DNA of 56,590 nucleotides from an uncultured Spirochaetota bacterium (GCA_937864375.1 CALMJO010000262.1:1-56590); one strand, 5' to 3'; shown: positions 18,047 through 28,540, numbered from the stretch's first letter. Notes: generated by a model not told the origin, from the letters alone. Numbers and translations: made by a program.

Positions 18047-18367
18047 TTATTTTTTTATGTCAACGAGCCTTCCGAGCTTTTCGTCGCGAGGGGGGGGAGG
18101 CTCGTCCTGCTTCCCCTGTTCCCTTCCCCCGCTGTGCTCGCCCGGGTGTTCCCCATGCCTGAACCGCTTGTCCTCGCGCATGATGATTCCCTTTTCGGCT
18201 TTCTTGTTTTCTTCCAGCCTCGAGTTTACCAGGTTTCCCTTGTCCACGGACTCCTTGTCCAGAACATGCTGCTGTTCCACCAGGGACTCGGTCCTCACAT
18301 GCGAGTGGCGGGCCACCTCGTGCATCTGGCCGATGTTCGTTTGCAGGTCTATCGGCTTGATCGACAT
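18047..18367 (-). CDS. Hypothetical small charged protein in the fliA-fapA module
   Basis: 106-aa ORF, MSIKPIDLQTNIGQMHEVAR..., low-complexity and charged at the C-terminus. The SD is ACAGGAG. No family was recognised. Confidence 0.5.
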   Translation of the reverse strand: MSIKPIDLQTNIGQMHEVARHSHVRTESLVEQQHVLDKESVDKGNLVNSRLEENKKAEKGIIMREDKRFRHGEHPGEHSGGREQGKQDEPPPPRDEKLGRLVDIKK

Positions 18368-18425
18368 TATATACTCCTGTACGGTGAAACGAACCGCCCG
18401 CGCGGCTCGACCCGGGACACGCGGG

Positions 18426-20429
18426 TCAGCGCCTCTTGCGAATGCGCGCTATCCTGCTCACCTCCTCGCTGATCTCGGGCTTTTCGTATTCCGAGAGTTT
18501 GATTTCTCCGCCTTCCAGCGAGAACTTGATGTGGTTGTACGGGTCCTTCGCGGCAAAACGCTTGTCCTTGATGTAAATCTCCACGCCCGGGTAGACTACC
18601 TTTTCGGCGCACACCTTGCCCTTCTGCTCCAGCATCCCCATGTATTCCCTGAGCTCTTCGAGCTCCATCTTGATTTCGTCGATCCTGTTCTGTCCCTTCT
18701 CCTTCTGCTGGTTCAGCTTCTGGAGCATTTCTTCCTTGTCCGGGGGAAGCTTTCCGCCGGAAACGAGCTTCTGGGAATTCAGGGTGGTGATGTCCTTGTT
18801 GAGCTTTTCGAGGTCTTCCTCGACCTGCTTCTTCACGTTTTCCATGTCGCTGATCTGCTGGAGGACCTTGGGATTGATGCCTACCCGGACCTCGGTCTTG
18901 GTGAAGGAATCCGCGCCTATCACGCTCGCGTTCACCTCGTCCCCGGCGCGGATGAGGCCGCCCACGATCTTGGCGCGTTTACCGTGGCAGAGCACCCGGT
19001 TGACGGCGTCAACCTTCGAATGGAGGATACCCTCCGACGCGATCACGTCCTTCTCCGCATAGACATGGCACAGCTGTATGAAGTTTGCGTAGACCGATCC
19101 GCCGGTCGATTCGATCTTCCCTTCCTCCCGTCCGTTCATACCCTGGCGTACGATGATGTCGCCCTCCGCCTCCAGGAACGCCTTCCCCACCGAGCCCTTT
19201 ATCTCGATATTGCCCGCGGCCTTCACCACGAAGTTGTCCTGCACGTTCCCGCCGATCAGCACCGATCCCAGGAATACCACGTTCCCCGTCTCCAGGGAGA
19301 CGTCCCCTTTCACGACGTACACCGGCTCCACGCTGATCTTCTGGTTGAGGAACACCACCTGCCCGTTTATTTCGGCGGAGAGCTCCGTGCCGTCCTCCGA
19401 GAGCATGGTCCCCTTCCCATAGCGGAAGGGAACGTCCTTGCCGCTCTTGGCGGCAAGCACCCTGTTGGTCACCGTCCGCCCGGGGACTCCCTGCTGGGCC
19501 GGCACCTTCACCGCCAGGATCTGGCCCACGACCACGTTTTCCAGCAGATCGAGGTTCTTGAAGTCGACCTGGCCTTTTTCGTCTTCCGAAAAGCTGACGT
19601 TGTTCTTGCTGACCCGCACCTTGTAGTCAACGTACGAATCCTTTCCATGCCGCGGCGGAACGCCCTCGGCCGCGAGGAGCGGGCGGCTGTAATCCATGAG
19701 GTCAAGGTATTCCCTGATGCGCTGTTCCTGGATTCCCGAAACGACGCCCGCCTTCTTCAGCGCGGAAACGACCTCGTCCGCCTCCACGTGACACCCCGAA
19801 AAACGCGGCGGAACGAAGTGCACGAACACCTTCATTTCGTCTTCGGCCATTTCCACGGTGATGGTGCCGTCATATTCGGGATTGGGCGACCAGTCGCCTA
19901 TCTTGACGGGCTTGTTTGAGGGCGAGCGAACTTCCTTTTCTATCTTCTTGAGGTCGGCGTTGGCGATGCGCATCGCCATGAGCCTGTTCTGGATATCTCC
20001 GGACTCGACGTTGCGCCGTCCGGGCGAGGCCGCGGTCACGGTCAGCCAGATCCCCGAACGCGTGACGCGAAGCTTGAACTTCCCCTCCTGCTGGACCTTT
20101 TCGGCGGGACGGTACTCGATGTCGGTCTCGGGCGCCTTGGCGAATTTCTGGTCCAGCTCCTCGAGGTCCGTGTACTTGTCCTCGTGGTCCGACTTGAGCT
20201 GGCGGATGAGCACGCGGTACGGCTGCCGCCCGAGGCCCATCACGCCCCTGGTGCCCTTTTCAAGGATATCGTAATCCAGGGAGGAAATATCCACCCGGAG
20301 CTCCCTGGCGGCAAGCTCGAGCGCCTGCTTCACCGAATCCGCGAAGACTTCTATCTCGTCCTGTGGGTTGTCTTCTTCGTCATCGATGGCGGCCAGCAGA
20401 TCCTTGAGCTTGCTCATCAAGCTATCCAA
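18426..20429 (-). CDS. fapA: FapA (DUF342) family flagellar-assembly-associated protein with an N-terminal Jag_N-like module (alternative start ATG 20417)
   Basis: 667 aa. Has a beta-helix repeat region ([40 protein letters not shown]...), a C-terminal coiled coil, and an N-terminus ([42 protein letters not shown]) that resembles Jag_N. Confidence 0.75.
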   Translation of the reverse strand: MDSLMSKLKDLLAAIDDEEDNPQDEIEVFADSVKQALELAARELRVDISSLDYDILEKGTRGVMGLGRQPYRVLIRQLKSDHEDKYTDLEELDQKFAKAPETDIEYRPAEKVQQEGKFKLRVTRSGIWLTVTAASPGRRNVESGDIQNRLMAMRIANADLKKIEKEVRSPSNKPVKIGDWSPNPEYDGTITVEMAEDEMKVFVHFVPPRFSGCHVEADEVVSALKKAGVVSGIQEQRIREYLDLMDYSRPLLAAEGVPPRHGKDSYVDYKVRVSKNNVSFSEDEKGQVDFKNLDLLENVVVGQILAVKVPAQQGVPGRTVTNRVLAAKSGKDVPFRYGKGTMLSEDGTELSAEINGQVVFLNQKISVEPVYVVKGDVSLETGNVVFLGSVLIGGNVQDNFVVKAAGNIEIKGSVGKAFLEAEGDIIVRQGMNGREEGKIESTGGSVYANFIQLCHVYAEKDVIASEGILHSKVDAVNRVLCHGKRAKIVGGLIRAGDEVNASVIGADSFTKTEVRVGINPKVLQQISDMENVKKQVEEDLEKLNKDITTLNSQKLVSGGKLPPDKEEMLQKLNQQKEKGQNRIDEIKMELEELREYMGMLEQKGKVCAEKVVYPGVEIYIKDKRFAAKDPYNHIKFSLEGGEIKLSEYEKPEISEEVSRIARIRKRR

Positions 20430-21222
20430 TAATATTAGATTTAATGCGGCCGAGCCTTCCCCTGAGCCTCATGATCGCCTTGGTGTGAAGCTGTGAAACC
20501 CGGCTTTCGGTCACATCAAGCACGTCCCCGATTTCCTTGAGGGTGAGGTCCTCGTAATAATAGAGGACGATCACCTTCTTCTCCTTGTCCGGAAGCTTCT
20601 TGATCGCGTCTATAATATAATCGCGGATTTCCTCTTTTTCAATGAGAATGTCGGGGTTCATATTTTCCGGCGCTTCGAGCGTCTCCAGGATGGAGAGCTC
20701 GTCGCTGTCATCGCCCATGTACCAGATGTCGTTGAGCGAAAGCATGGAGGTGCCCGAAAGCTTGTTCAGGAGTGACTGGAACTCCTCGATGGTGATGCCC
20801 AGCTCCGCCGCGATCTCTTCGTCCTCCACCGTGCGCCCCAGCTTGTTTTCCAGCTCCGATATCACCTGCTCGATCTGCTTGGCCTTCTGGCGTATGGAAC
20901 GCGGGATCCAGTCGATGGAGCGAAGCTCGTCGAAGATGGCGCCCCTGATCCTGGTCATCGCGTAGGTCTTGAACTTTATCCCCCTGTTGGGATCGAACTT
21001 GTTTATTGCGTCGATCAGGCCGAATATGCCGTATGAAACAAGGTCGTCGAACTCAATGCTCTGAGGCATGCCCATGGATACCTTTCCGGCGACATACTTG
21101 ACGAGGGGGGCGTATTTTATGACAAAGTAGTCCCTGAGCTCCTGCTCCCTGGATTTCGCGAATTTCTTCCAGAGATCATCCTCGTTGATGGTGTCGAGTT
21201 CTTTGATCTTCTTGTTGTTCAT
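20422..21222 (-). CDS. fliA: RNA polymerase sigma-28 factor FliA/WhiG (the ATG at 21222 is preferred)
   Basis: Sigma-70 region 2 ([14 protein letters not shown]...[20 protein letters not shown]), region 3, and region 4 ([37 protein letters not shown]). Confidence 0.9.
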   Translation of the reverse strand: MNNKKIKELDTINEDDLWKKFAKSREQELRDYFVIKYAPLVKYVAGKVSMGMPQSIEFDDLVSYGIFGLIDAINKFDPNRGIKFKTYAMTRIRGAIFDELRSIDWIPRSIRQKAKQIEQVISELENKLGRTVEDEEIAAELGITIEEFQSLLNKLSGTSMLSLNDIWYMGDDSDELSILETLEAPENMNPDILIEKEEIRDYIIDAIKKLPDKEKKVIVLYYYEDLTLKEIGDVLDVTESRVSQLHTKAIMRLRGRLGRIKSNIIG

Positions 21223-21247
21223 ACACAATCCTTTTGGGGATGGTTTT

Positions 21248-21835
21248 TCAATCCTTATCCCGGCCAATCATCGTTCGTATCGCCTCGGCCATGATCTTGG
21301 GCTCATAGCGTATCTTCTTTTCCTCGATAATGTGCTTTCCAAGCTTGCCCTCCTGCGCCTGCGCGCTCACGCGCGAAAAGTCCGTTTCCTTCAAAGGCAC
21401 GAACGCGGCGGACGTATCCGCTTTACGGACTTCCGCCGCGGGAGGCTCGGGAATCCCCTCGTCCCGGGGCTCCTCGTCCCGGGGCTCCTCGGCCGCCGGC
21501 TCCGCCGGGGCGCCTGCCGCCTCCTCGCGGAGGGGTTCTGCGCCGGCCTGCGGCTCAATGTTCACCTTGACCATCTCCTCGGGCGCCACCCGGCGCCCAA
21601 TGCTGAAGCCGCCTATCCCCGCCAGCGCCTCGTAGATCTCCGGGACATAGCGCTTGAGCACGTACATGATCCCGTACCCGATGGCCGCAAAAACGGCCGC
21701 GAGTACACACGACGTCACGGCCACATGCGAGAACCTGTTGCCCGCGAAGAGACTCGTCATGAAGGAAAACAGCAATGCCAGCGCACCGAAAAACGCGCTG
21801 ACCTTGAATTCCGGTTTAACACCGCTCAATTGCAC
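21248..21835 (-). CDS. Hypothetical membrane protein between flhG and fliA (GTG 21835 with a GGGAG SD; the track start is TTG 21871)
   Basis: Two N-terminal TM helices ([34 protein letters not shown]), an acidic Pro/Glu-rich linker containing an [10 protein letters not shown] repeat, and a conserved-looking basic C-terminus. Confidence 0.55.
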   Translation of the reverse strand: MQLSGVKPEFKVSAFFGALALLFSFMTSLFAGNRFSHVAVTSCVLAAVFAAIGYGIMYVLKRYVPEIYEALAGIGGFSIGRRVAPEEMVKVNIEPQAGAEPLREEAAGAPAEPAAEEPRDEEPRDEGIPEPPAAEVRKADTSAAFVPLKETDFSRVSAQAQEGKLGKHIIEEKKIRYEPKIMAEAIRTMIGRDKD

Positions 21836-21913
21836 TGATGCCGCTCCCGACCGCGCAATATGACATAACAATTATCCCTATCATACGGGCGCTTTTAATC
21901 AAGCTATTTTTGG

Positions 21914-22804
21914 CTATTCGGTCTCTTCCTCCTCCTCCGATTTGAAGAACTGCTTGAAGAAGTTCGCGAGTCCCGAACCCCGCTTTTCCTCGACCTCCTT
22001 GTTCGAAATGCGGTCAGCGATGATCTGGACGCAGATGGAGGCCTTGGACTTGGGGTATGACACGATGAAGGGCTTCTGGTTGCGAATCGACTTGGGGACG
22101 TACATGTCGTCGAATACGAAGCCCAGGTTTTCCACCTTGATATTGAGGAACTGCCCCGCGATATTGATGACCCTCTGCGCGACGCGCTTCCCCTCGGACA
22201 CCGTCATGACCCGGTTCACGATGAGCCGCACGGGCTTGTCCGGGGTCTGGGCCGCTATCGACTTGATGATGCCGTAGGCGTCGGTGATGGCGGTGGGCTC
22301 GGGGGTGGTCACCACGATGGCCTCGTCCGCGGCGCTCACGAATGACAGGACGTTCTGCGAGATGCCGGCGCCGGTGTCGATGATCATGTAATCGTCTTCC
22401 CCGAGGTCGGCCACGGCCTCAATGAATTCGGCGCGCTGTTTCTGGTCAAGGTTCGCCAGCTGGTGAAAGCCCGATGCGCCCGCGATGATCTTGATGCCCT
22501 CGGGCACCTCAATCACGATGTCCTTGAGCTTCTTTTTGCCTTTAATAACGTGGTACAGGTTGAACTTGGGGATGATCCCCAGGATCACGTTCACGTTCGC
22601 CAGTCCCAGGTCGGCATCCAGGAGGGTGACCCTGGAGCCGTCGGTCGCGAGCGCGATCGCGAGACCCACCGCGAGGCTGGTCTTGCCCACTCCCCCCTTG
22701 CCGCTCGTAATTGCAATAGTCTTGGTCCGCCTGACCGCCCTGGTCTCGACGACCAGCTTCCTGAGATTCGCCGCCTGGTCCACTTCAGTACCTCCCTGCA
22801 TCAA
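21914..22804 (-). CDS. flhG: Flagellar number regulator FlhG/YlxH (MinD-type ATPase)
   Basis: Deviant Walker A ITSGKGGVGKTS plus the motifs LLDADLGLANV and IIDTGAG. Confidence 0.85.
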   Translation of the reverse strand: MMQGGTEVDQAANLRKLVVETRAVRRTKTIAITSGKGGVGKTSLAVGLAIALATDGSRVTLLDADLGLANVNVILGIIPKFNLYHVIKGKKKLKDIVIEVPEGIKIIAGASGFHQLANLDQKQRAEFIEAVADLGEDDYMIIDTGAGISQNVLSFVSAADEAIVVTTPEPTAITDAYGIIKSIAAQTPDKPVRLIVNRVMTVSEGKRVAQRVINIAGQFLNIKVENLGFVFDDMYVPKSIRNQKPFIVSYPKSKASICVQIIADRISNKEVEEKRGSGLANFFKQFFKSEEEEETE

Positions 22805-24150
22805 TTGGCAGTGCCCATGATCATGTTCACCATCTTGTCGGCATCGGCCACGTCGATGTCGTTGGGCACCTCCTGGCCGGTGGTGAAATACGAGATGGGC
22901 TTTTTATATTTATCGGCAATATCCACGACATTTCCGATATAGGAGGTCTCGTCGACCTTTGTAATTATAACGCTGTCCACGCTGATCTTGTCGAACGACT
23001 TGAAGACGTTCACCAGGTCGGCCTTCTTGGTGCAGGCGCTCACGCACAGCACCTTTTCGAAGTCGTATTCCACCATGTCCGCATAGCTCTTGATCTCGGA
23101 AATCTTGAGCTCGTTGCGGTGGCTCCGGCCCGACGTGTCGACCATGATGATCTCGGCCTTCTCGTTGTCGATGGTCTCCTTGAAGGCCTTCTGGTCGTTC
23201 ACCACGTGGATGGGGATCTTCATGATCTCCGCGTATTTCTTGAGCTGCTCCGTGGCGGCGATGCGGTAGTTGTCGATGGTGATGAAGGCGACCTTGCATT
23301 CCTCGCGCAGCGCGAAGATCGCGCCCAGCTTCGCCATGGTCGTGGTCTTCCCCACCCCTGTGGGCCCTATGAACATGATGATCTTCTTCTTGTGCCCCTT
23401 CTTTATGGGGCCGCTCGTCACGATCTTGCTCTTGATGAGCTCCTTGAGGGTCTTTTCGATCTTGAAACGGTCGCGCAGGTCCTCGCGGCTGACGCTGCCC
23501 AGCACCTCGCCGATCATCGATTCGCATTCCTCACGGTCGAACTCGTTGCCCAGGAGCATGTCGCGGTACGGCTTCATGGCGTTGTCCTCGTCGGTGCCGC
23601 AGCCCGCCCTGCGCTCGTGGTGGGTCCCCTGCCCTTCAAGGATCCGGTTCAGGGTGTCCTTCACCTCGCTGAACTCCCGCTCGAGCTTGCGCATGGAGGC
23701 GGAATCGGCCGGCCGCGCCGCGGGCTCCTCGGTCCGGGCAGTCTCGCTCCTTGAAGGCTCGGTCCTGGTCTCGTGTACGGGCGGGGGTACGATGACGGTG
23801 GCCGGGCGCGCGCCCGCGCCCGGGTCTGCCGTTTTCCGGGCGGGCTCGTGCGCGCGCGGCGGGATGTACTCCGGCGTGATCGCCTTCTGGGCGGAGGGAC
23901 GGAGCGGCTCGCTGTCGCTCACCGTGAAATCGATGGTGCTCTTCTTTTCCGGCTTCACCTTGGGTACGCCCTTGCGCTCAGGGATGGCCGCGGTCAGCTC
24001 CACCAGGTCCTTGGCGAATAGGCCCGAGTTGAACAGGCCCCCTTCCTTTATATACTTATGGCTGATCGGGATCGCGTCGTCTCCGTGCTCCATCTTGAGC
24101 TTCATCATCGCCTCGTTGTAGTTCCTGGCTTTGATCTTCACGTACCTCAT
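22801..24150 (-). CDS. flhF: Flagellar biosynthesis GTPase FlhF (SRP-type)
   Basis: G-domain motifs IGPTGVGKTTTMAKL, VDTSGRS and ITKVDET. The gene lies between flhA and flhG. Confidence 0.9.
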   Translation of the reverse strand: MRYVKIKARNYNEAMMKLKMEHGDDAIPISHKYIKEGGLFNSGLFAKDLVELTAAIPERKGVPKVKPEKKSTIDFTVSDSEPLRPSAQKAITPEYIPPRAHEPARKTADPGAGARPATVIVPPPVHETRTEPSRSETARTEEPAARPADSASMRKLEREFSEVKDTLNRILEGQGTHHERRAGCGTDEDNAMKPYRDMLLGNEFDREECESMIGEVLGSVSREDLRDRFKIEKTLKELIKSKIVTSGPIKKGHKKKIIMFIGPTGVGKTTTMAKLGAIFALREECKVAFITIDNYRIAATEQLKKYAEIMKIPIHVVNDQKAFKETIDNEKAEIIMVDTSGRSHRNELKISEIKSYADMVEYDFEKVLCVSACTKKADLVNVFKSFDKISVDSVIITKVDETSYIGNVVDIADKYKKPISYFTTGQEVPNDIDVADADKMVNMIMGTAN

Positions 24151-24177
24151 ACCGGCTCTCCTTCTGCGTTAATGTCT

Positions 24178-26280
24178 TTATGCGGCCGACGGGAGCACCG
24201 CCGACGAAATCACGTTCACCTTGACCGTGGGCACTATCTCGTTATACGAAAGAACGACCGGGTCGTGCACCTCGCGCTGCAGGAGCGTGAAGGTGACGCT
24301 GCGAATCTGCGGCGACACGAGGAATACGGGCGCGAAGCCCTGCTTCTTCGCCTTCGCGTACGCCTCCGTCAGGGAATTGATGATGGCGGTGTGCGTGTCG
24401 GGATCGAGCCCCACGACGCGCCCCTCGATCGGGTCCTCGTGGATGGAGTTCCTCACGATGTTCTCTATCTCCGGGTCTACGGTGATGGCCGACAGCGTGT
24501 TCATCTTGTCGACGTAGTCCTTGCAGATCTGGCGCGCCAGCGCCACGCGCACGTACTCGGTGAGGAGCCCCACGTCCTTGGTGAAGTCCGAGTAGCTCGC
24601 GAGCGTCTCGAGCACGGTCACCATGTTGCGTATGGAGACCCGCTCCCGGAGCAGGTTCTGGAGCACCTTCTGCACCTCTCCCACGGTCATCTTCTTTTCG
24701 GTGATGAGCTCGTTCACGACCGCGGGGTAGTCGGTCTTGATGCTGTCGATGAGCTGCTGCACCTCCTGGCGACCCAGGATCTCGTCGGCCGAGTGCTTTA
24801 TGATCTCGGTGAGGTGCGTCGCGATGATCGTGGGACAGTCCACCACGGTGTAGCCCCTGCGCTCGGCGGCGTCGCGCAGCTCCGGGTCTATCCATATGGC
24901 CTTGAGGCCGAACGCGGGCTCGGTGAACTCGGTCCCCTCGATCTTTTCCGTGACCTCTCCCGAATCCATGGCCATGAGCTTGCCCACGCGAAGCAGGCCC
25001 CTGCCCACCTCGACTCCCTTTATGAGGATCGAGTAGGAGTCCGACTCGAGCTCCATGTTGTCGCGGATGCGGATGGGCGGCACGATGAGACCCATCTCGA
25101 GCGCCGAGCGGCGGCGGATGTTGGTGATGCGCTCCAGGAGCGTTCCCCCCTGGTCGGGATCGACCAGCGGGATGAGGCTGTAGCCGATCTCCACCTCCAG
25201 CGGGTCCACCTGGATGAGCGAGATGACCGACTCGGGCTTGTGCTCCTTGAGCGCGGCCTGCTTTTCCTCGACCTTGGTTTTTTCGACTTCCTCTTCCTTC
25301 GCCTGGTTCAGGATGTAGCCGAGCGCGCCCAGGCCCATGGCAAGGATGAGGACCGAAATCTTTGGGAACCCCGGGATGAGCGCCGACATCCCCAGCGCGG
25401 CGGCGGTCATCATGAGCGCCCGCGGCTGCTGCCCGATCTGCGTTGCGAGATCGTCGCCCAGGTTTTCGTCCGACACGGCGCGCGTGACGATGATACCGGT
25501 CGCCGTCGTCACCATGAGCGAGGGAATCTGCGCCACCAGGCCGTCGCCGATTGACAGGAGCGTGTAGGTCTTGAGGGCCACCTCGAAGCTTTCGTTCCTC
25601 ATCACCATCCCGATGATGAAGCCGCCGATGATGTTGATGAGGGTGATCACGATGCCGACCTTCACGTCGCCCTGCACGAATTTCGAGGCTCCATCCATAG
25701 CCCCGTAGAAGTCGGCTTCCTTGCGGATTTCCGCGCGCCGGCGCCGGGCCTCGTCCTCGGTGATGACGCCGTTGGAGAGATCGGAGTCGATCGACATCTG
25801 CTTGCCGGGCATGGCGTCCAAGGTGAATCGGGCCGCCACCTCGGCCGTGCGGGTCGCGCCCTTGGTGATTACTATGAACTGCACCGCGGTGAGGATGATG
25901 AAGATGAGGAAGCCCACCACGTAGTTCCCCCCCACCACAAACTCGCCGAAGGTGCGGATGATCTTTCCGTCAAAGGCCGCCCCCTGCAGGAGTATGAGCC
26001 TGGTGGACGAAACGTTGAGCGCGAGGCGGAACACCGTCGACACCAGCAGGAGCGAGGGGAACACGGAGAAGTCGAACGAGCGGCGCACGAACATGACCAC
26101 GAGCAGGATGAGTATTCCCACCATGATGCTGACCGCGAGCAGGAAGTCGAGCAGGAAGGTAGGAAGCGGGATGACGAGCATTGCCACGACGGAGATCGTG
26201 CCGATCCCCATCAGGATGTCGGTTTTCTGCATCCAGCCGATGTTGTCGGTCAGGAATGATAATCCGCCCTTGTCTGCCAT
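24178..26280 (-). CDS. flhA: Flagellar export apparatus protein FlhA
   Basis: 700 aa. Motifs FPSLLLVSTVFRLALNVSSTRLIL, GNYVVG, FTLDAMPGKQMSID and GASKFVQGD. Confidence 0.95.
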   Translation of the reverse strand: MADKGGLSFLTDNIGWMQKTDILMGIGTISVVAMLVIPLPTFLLDFLLAVSIMVGILILLVVMFVRRSFDFSVFPSLLLVSTVFRLALNVSSTRLILLQGAAFDGKIIRTFGEFVVGGNYVVGFLIFIILTAVQFIVITKGATRTAEVAARFTLDAMPGKQMSIDSDLSNGVITEDEARRRRAEIRKEADFYGAMDGASKFVQGDVKVGIVITLINIIGGFIIGMVMRNESFEVALKTYTLLSIGDGLVAQIPSLMVTTATGIIVTRAVSDENLGDDLATQIGQQPRALMMTAAALGMSALIPGFPKISVLILAMGLGALGYILNQAKEEEVEKTKVEEKQAALKEHKPESVISLIQVDPLEVEIGYSLIPLVDPDQGGTLLERITNIRRRSALEMGLIVPPIRIRDNMELESDSYSILIKGVEVGRGLLRVGKLMAMDSGEVTEKIEGTEFTEPAFGLKAIWIDPELRDAAERRGYTVVDCPTIIATHLTEIIKHSADEILGRQEVQQLIDSIKTDYPAVVNELITEKKMTVGEVQKVLQNLLRERVSIRNMVTVLETLASYSDFTKDVGLLTEYVRVALARQICKDYVDKMNTLSAITVDPEIENIVRNSIHEDPIEGRVVGLDPDTHTAIINSLTEAYAKAKKQGFAPVFLVSPQIRSVTFTLLQREVHDPVVLSYNEIVPTVKVNVISSAVLPSAA

Positions 26281-26301
26281 CTCGCGTCCCTTCTGCCGCC
26301 G

Positions 26302-27468
26302 TTATATCGCCTGGCGCAGGCGTTTTTTCTTGTACAGCTCCGCGTACACGAGGGAGACCGCGTAAAAGAGGTCTTCCGGTACAATGTCGCCCACGTCGAG
26401 GCGACGGTACATCTCCTGCGCCAGGGGCCTGTTTTCCATGATGGGAATGTCGTTCTCGCGGGCGATCTGCCTGATGCGCAGCGCCATGTTGTCCTCTCCC
26501 TTGGCGATCACCGTGGGAGCGGGCATGGTGTTGCGGTCATAGCGCAGTGCAACCGAGAAGTGCGTGGGGTTGGTGACCACCACGTCGGCCTTGGGCACCT
26601 CGCGGATCATGTTCTTCATGACTATATCGCGTTGCATCTCGCGCAGGCGCGCCCTTATGTGCGGATCGCCCACGGTTTCCTTCAGTTCTTCCTTGAGCTC
26701 TTCCTTGGTCATCTTCAACGACTCTATGAACTCGCGCTTCTGGAAGAAATAGTCCGGTATGGCGAGTACGAGCATGACCGCCGCCGACCAGAGTATGATC
26801 TTGAGCGCCATGAGCGTGACGGTCTTGAGCGCCAGCGGGATGGATATGTCCGGCGTCTTGAGAATGTTCTCGTAATCGTTCACTATGATCAGGTACGCGA
26901 TGATCCCGATCACGGCGACCTTGAAGACCGACTTGAACAGGTTCATCATGATCTGCTTGGAGAAGAAGACCTTCCGGAACATCGTCGCCGGATCGAACTT
27001 GATCTTCGACAGGTCCAGCTTGAGGGGGTGGGTCGAGACCTGGAATCCCACCTGCACCGCGTCCCCCAGGAAGGCCGCAACCATCACCGCGATGAAAAGC
27101 GGCCCCAGTATCTTCGCCGACTCGAAGGAGATGCGGAAAAATTCCTGCATCACGCTCTTCTCGGTGAGCGTGAAGCTGTGGAATGAAGTCATGTAATACC
27201 TGGTAATGGCCGCGAGCGAACCGTAGATCCACGAGCCCAGGAAGAAGATCACGAGGAAGCCAAAGATCACCACCACCGCCTGGGGCAGCTCCTGGGTCTT
27301 GGCGACCTGTCCCTTCTCCCGCGCATCGCGGAGCTTTTTCTCGGTAGGTTCCTCGGTACGGCCCTCGTCCTCGGCTGCGAAGAGCTGCAGGTCAAAGCGA
27401 AAGCCGGGGAGCGCCGTCTCGCAGGCGGGAACCGGGAAGATGAGTTTTATGTCATCGATCATGTTCAT
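26302..27468 (-). CDS. flhB: Flagellar export apparatus protein FlhB, with an N-terminal extension of about 25 aa
   Basis: Has DLQLFAAEDEGRTEEPTEKKLRDAREKGQVAKTQEL and the autocleavage site region VVVTNPTHFSVAL. Confidence 0.9.
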   Translation of the reverse strand: MNMIDDIKLIFPVPACETALPGFRFDLQLFAAEDEGRTEEPTEKKLRDAREKGQVAKTQELPQAVVVIFGFLVIFFLGSWIYGSLAAITRYYMTSFHSFTLTEKSVMQEFFRISFESAKILGPLFIAVMVAAFLGDAVQVGFQVSTHPLKLDLSKIKFDPATMFRKVFFSKQIMMNLFKSVFKVAVIGIIAYLIIVNDYENILKTPDISIPLALKTVTLMALKIILWSAAVMLVLAIPDYFFQKREFIESLKMTKEELKEELKETVGDPHIRARLREMQRDIVMKNMIREVPKADVVVTNPTHFSVALRYDRNTMPAPTVIAKGEDNMALRIRQIARENDIPIMENRPLAQEMYRRLDVGDIVPEDLFYAVSLVYAELYKKKRLRQAI

Positions 27469-27484
27469 CGTCTTTCATCACGCT

Positions 27485-28264
27485 CTACACGGGCCAGTAC
27501 ACCAGGGCCTTTGAAATGAACCGGAAGGTCCTGTCCAGGGATACCGACATCACCCGTACGATGAGCGGGCTAACCAGCAGGATTACCCCGAACGCGACCA
27601 TGATCTTCACCGGGAAGCCCAGCATCATGATGTTCATCTGCGGCGCCGCCTTCGAGAGGACCCCCATGCTCACCGAAACCAGGAACACGGTCGCCACGAT
27701 GGGCAGCGCGATCTTCAGCGCGATGACGAACATCCCGCCAAAGGCGTACTGCATGTATTTCAGGAGTCCCCCGGCGGCGCTCACCTTGAGGCTCATGATG
27801 GGCGCGAGCTCGTAGGACCGGTAGATCGCCAGGATCAGGAAATGGTGCCCGTTGATCGCGAGGAACACGAGCAGCCCTATGAGATTCTTCAGCTGACCCA
27901 CCAGCGGAATGGAGACCTGCGCCAGGGGGTCGATCACCTCGTTTATGCCAAAGCCTATCTGCACCGAGAAGAACTCGCCCGCGAGCTGGAACGAGGCGAA
28001 GATCACCGCGACCAGGAACCCTATAAAAATACCGATCGACACCTCCTGGATCACGAGCACGGCGTACTGCCCCATGTCCCCGGTGAGATGGTACGTCTTC
28101 TCCGCAACGACCGGGAAGATGATCATCGAGATAAAAAAGGAAAGCAATGCCTTGATCCTAAAAGGGATCACCCCACTCGAATAAAATGGGGCAATTACCA
28201 TCATTGAGCTCATCCGTATCATGATGAGCAGGAAAACCTGGAAATGATATACGAAATATTCCAT
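27485..28264 (-). CDS. fliR: Flagellar export apparatus protein FliR
   Basis: 259-aa polytopic membrane protein positioned between fliQ and flhB, with an FliR-like pattern (FLLIMIRMSSMMVIAPF). Confidence 0.85.
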   Translation of the reverse strand: MEYFVYHFQVFLLIMIRMSSMMVIAPFYSSGVIPFRIKALLSFFISMIIFPVVAEKTYHLTGDMGQYAVLVIQEVSIGIFIGFLVAVIFASFQLAGEFFSVQIGFGINEVIDPLAQVSIPLVGQLKNLIGLLVFLAINGHHFLILAIYRSYELAPIMSLKVSAAGGLLKYMQYAFGGMFVIALKIALPIVATVFLVSVSMGVLSKAAPQMNIMMLGFPVKIMVAFGVILLVSPLIVRVMSVSLDRTFRFISKALVYWPV

Positions 28265-28267
28265 CGC

Positions 28268-28540
28268 TTAACCCGCCCCGATCTTTCCGATGAGCATGAA
28301 GATGTTCTTGGTATAGTTCACCAGTGTGTGGATTATCCACGCCGCGAAAATGACGAAGGTGATGAATATCGCCACGATCTTGGGGACGAAGGTGAGCGTC
28401 TGCTCCTGGATGGACGTGGTCGTCTGGAAGATCGAGATGAGAAGTCCCACGAACATGCCCACGCCAAGGAGGGGCGCCGACACGATCAGTATCGTCATGA
28501 GCGCTTCCCTGAGGAGTTTGACTATAACCGCGTCTGTCAT
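28268..28540 (-). CDS. fliQ: Flagellar export apparatus protein FliQ
   Basis: 90 aa. LLREALMTILIVSAPLLGVGMFVGLLISIFQTTTSIQEQTLTFVPK is the FliQ signature. Confidence 0.9.
   Translation of the reverse strand: MTDAVIVKLLREALMTILIVSAPLLGVGMFVGLLISIFQTTTSIQEQTLTFVPKIVAIFITFVIFAAWIIHTLVNYTKNIFMLIGKIGAG

Noticed and set aside
17598-19919. 773-aa plus-strand ORF spanning three minus-strand genes
   Set aside because: It is low-complexity (runs of L/R/H/S, e.g. SSSLEFTRFPLSTDSLSRTCCCS) and antisense to well-supported fapA and its neighbours. Long antisense frames are expected at about 60% GC. No motifs were seen.
22910-22917. GCCGATAA (minus strand), a sigma-28 -10 box inside the 3' end of flhF and upstream of flhG. 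Similar isolated boxes occur at 50228..50235 (minus strand) and 53162..53169 (GCCGATAC, plus strand).
   Set aside because: None has TAAA at the required 15 (+/-1) nt spacing upstream, and the first one lies in coding sequence. They are treated as chance -10-like matches.
24058-25554. 498-aa plus-strand ORF, plus similar long plus-strand ORFs at 1257..2447, 2496..3386, 3648..4505, 15234..16356 and 23119..24121
   Set aside because: All are antisense to genes with clear family signatures (flhA, comM, 5'-nucleotidase, yicC/cheD, flhF). They show Arg/His/Asp/Leu-rich shadow-frame composition.
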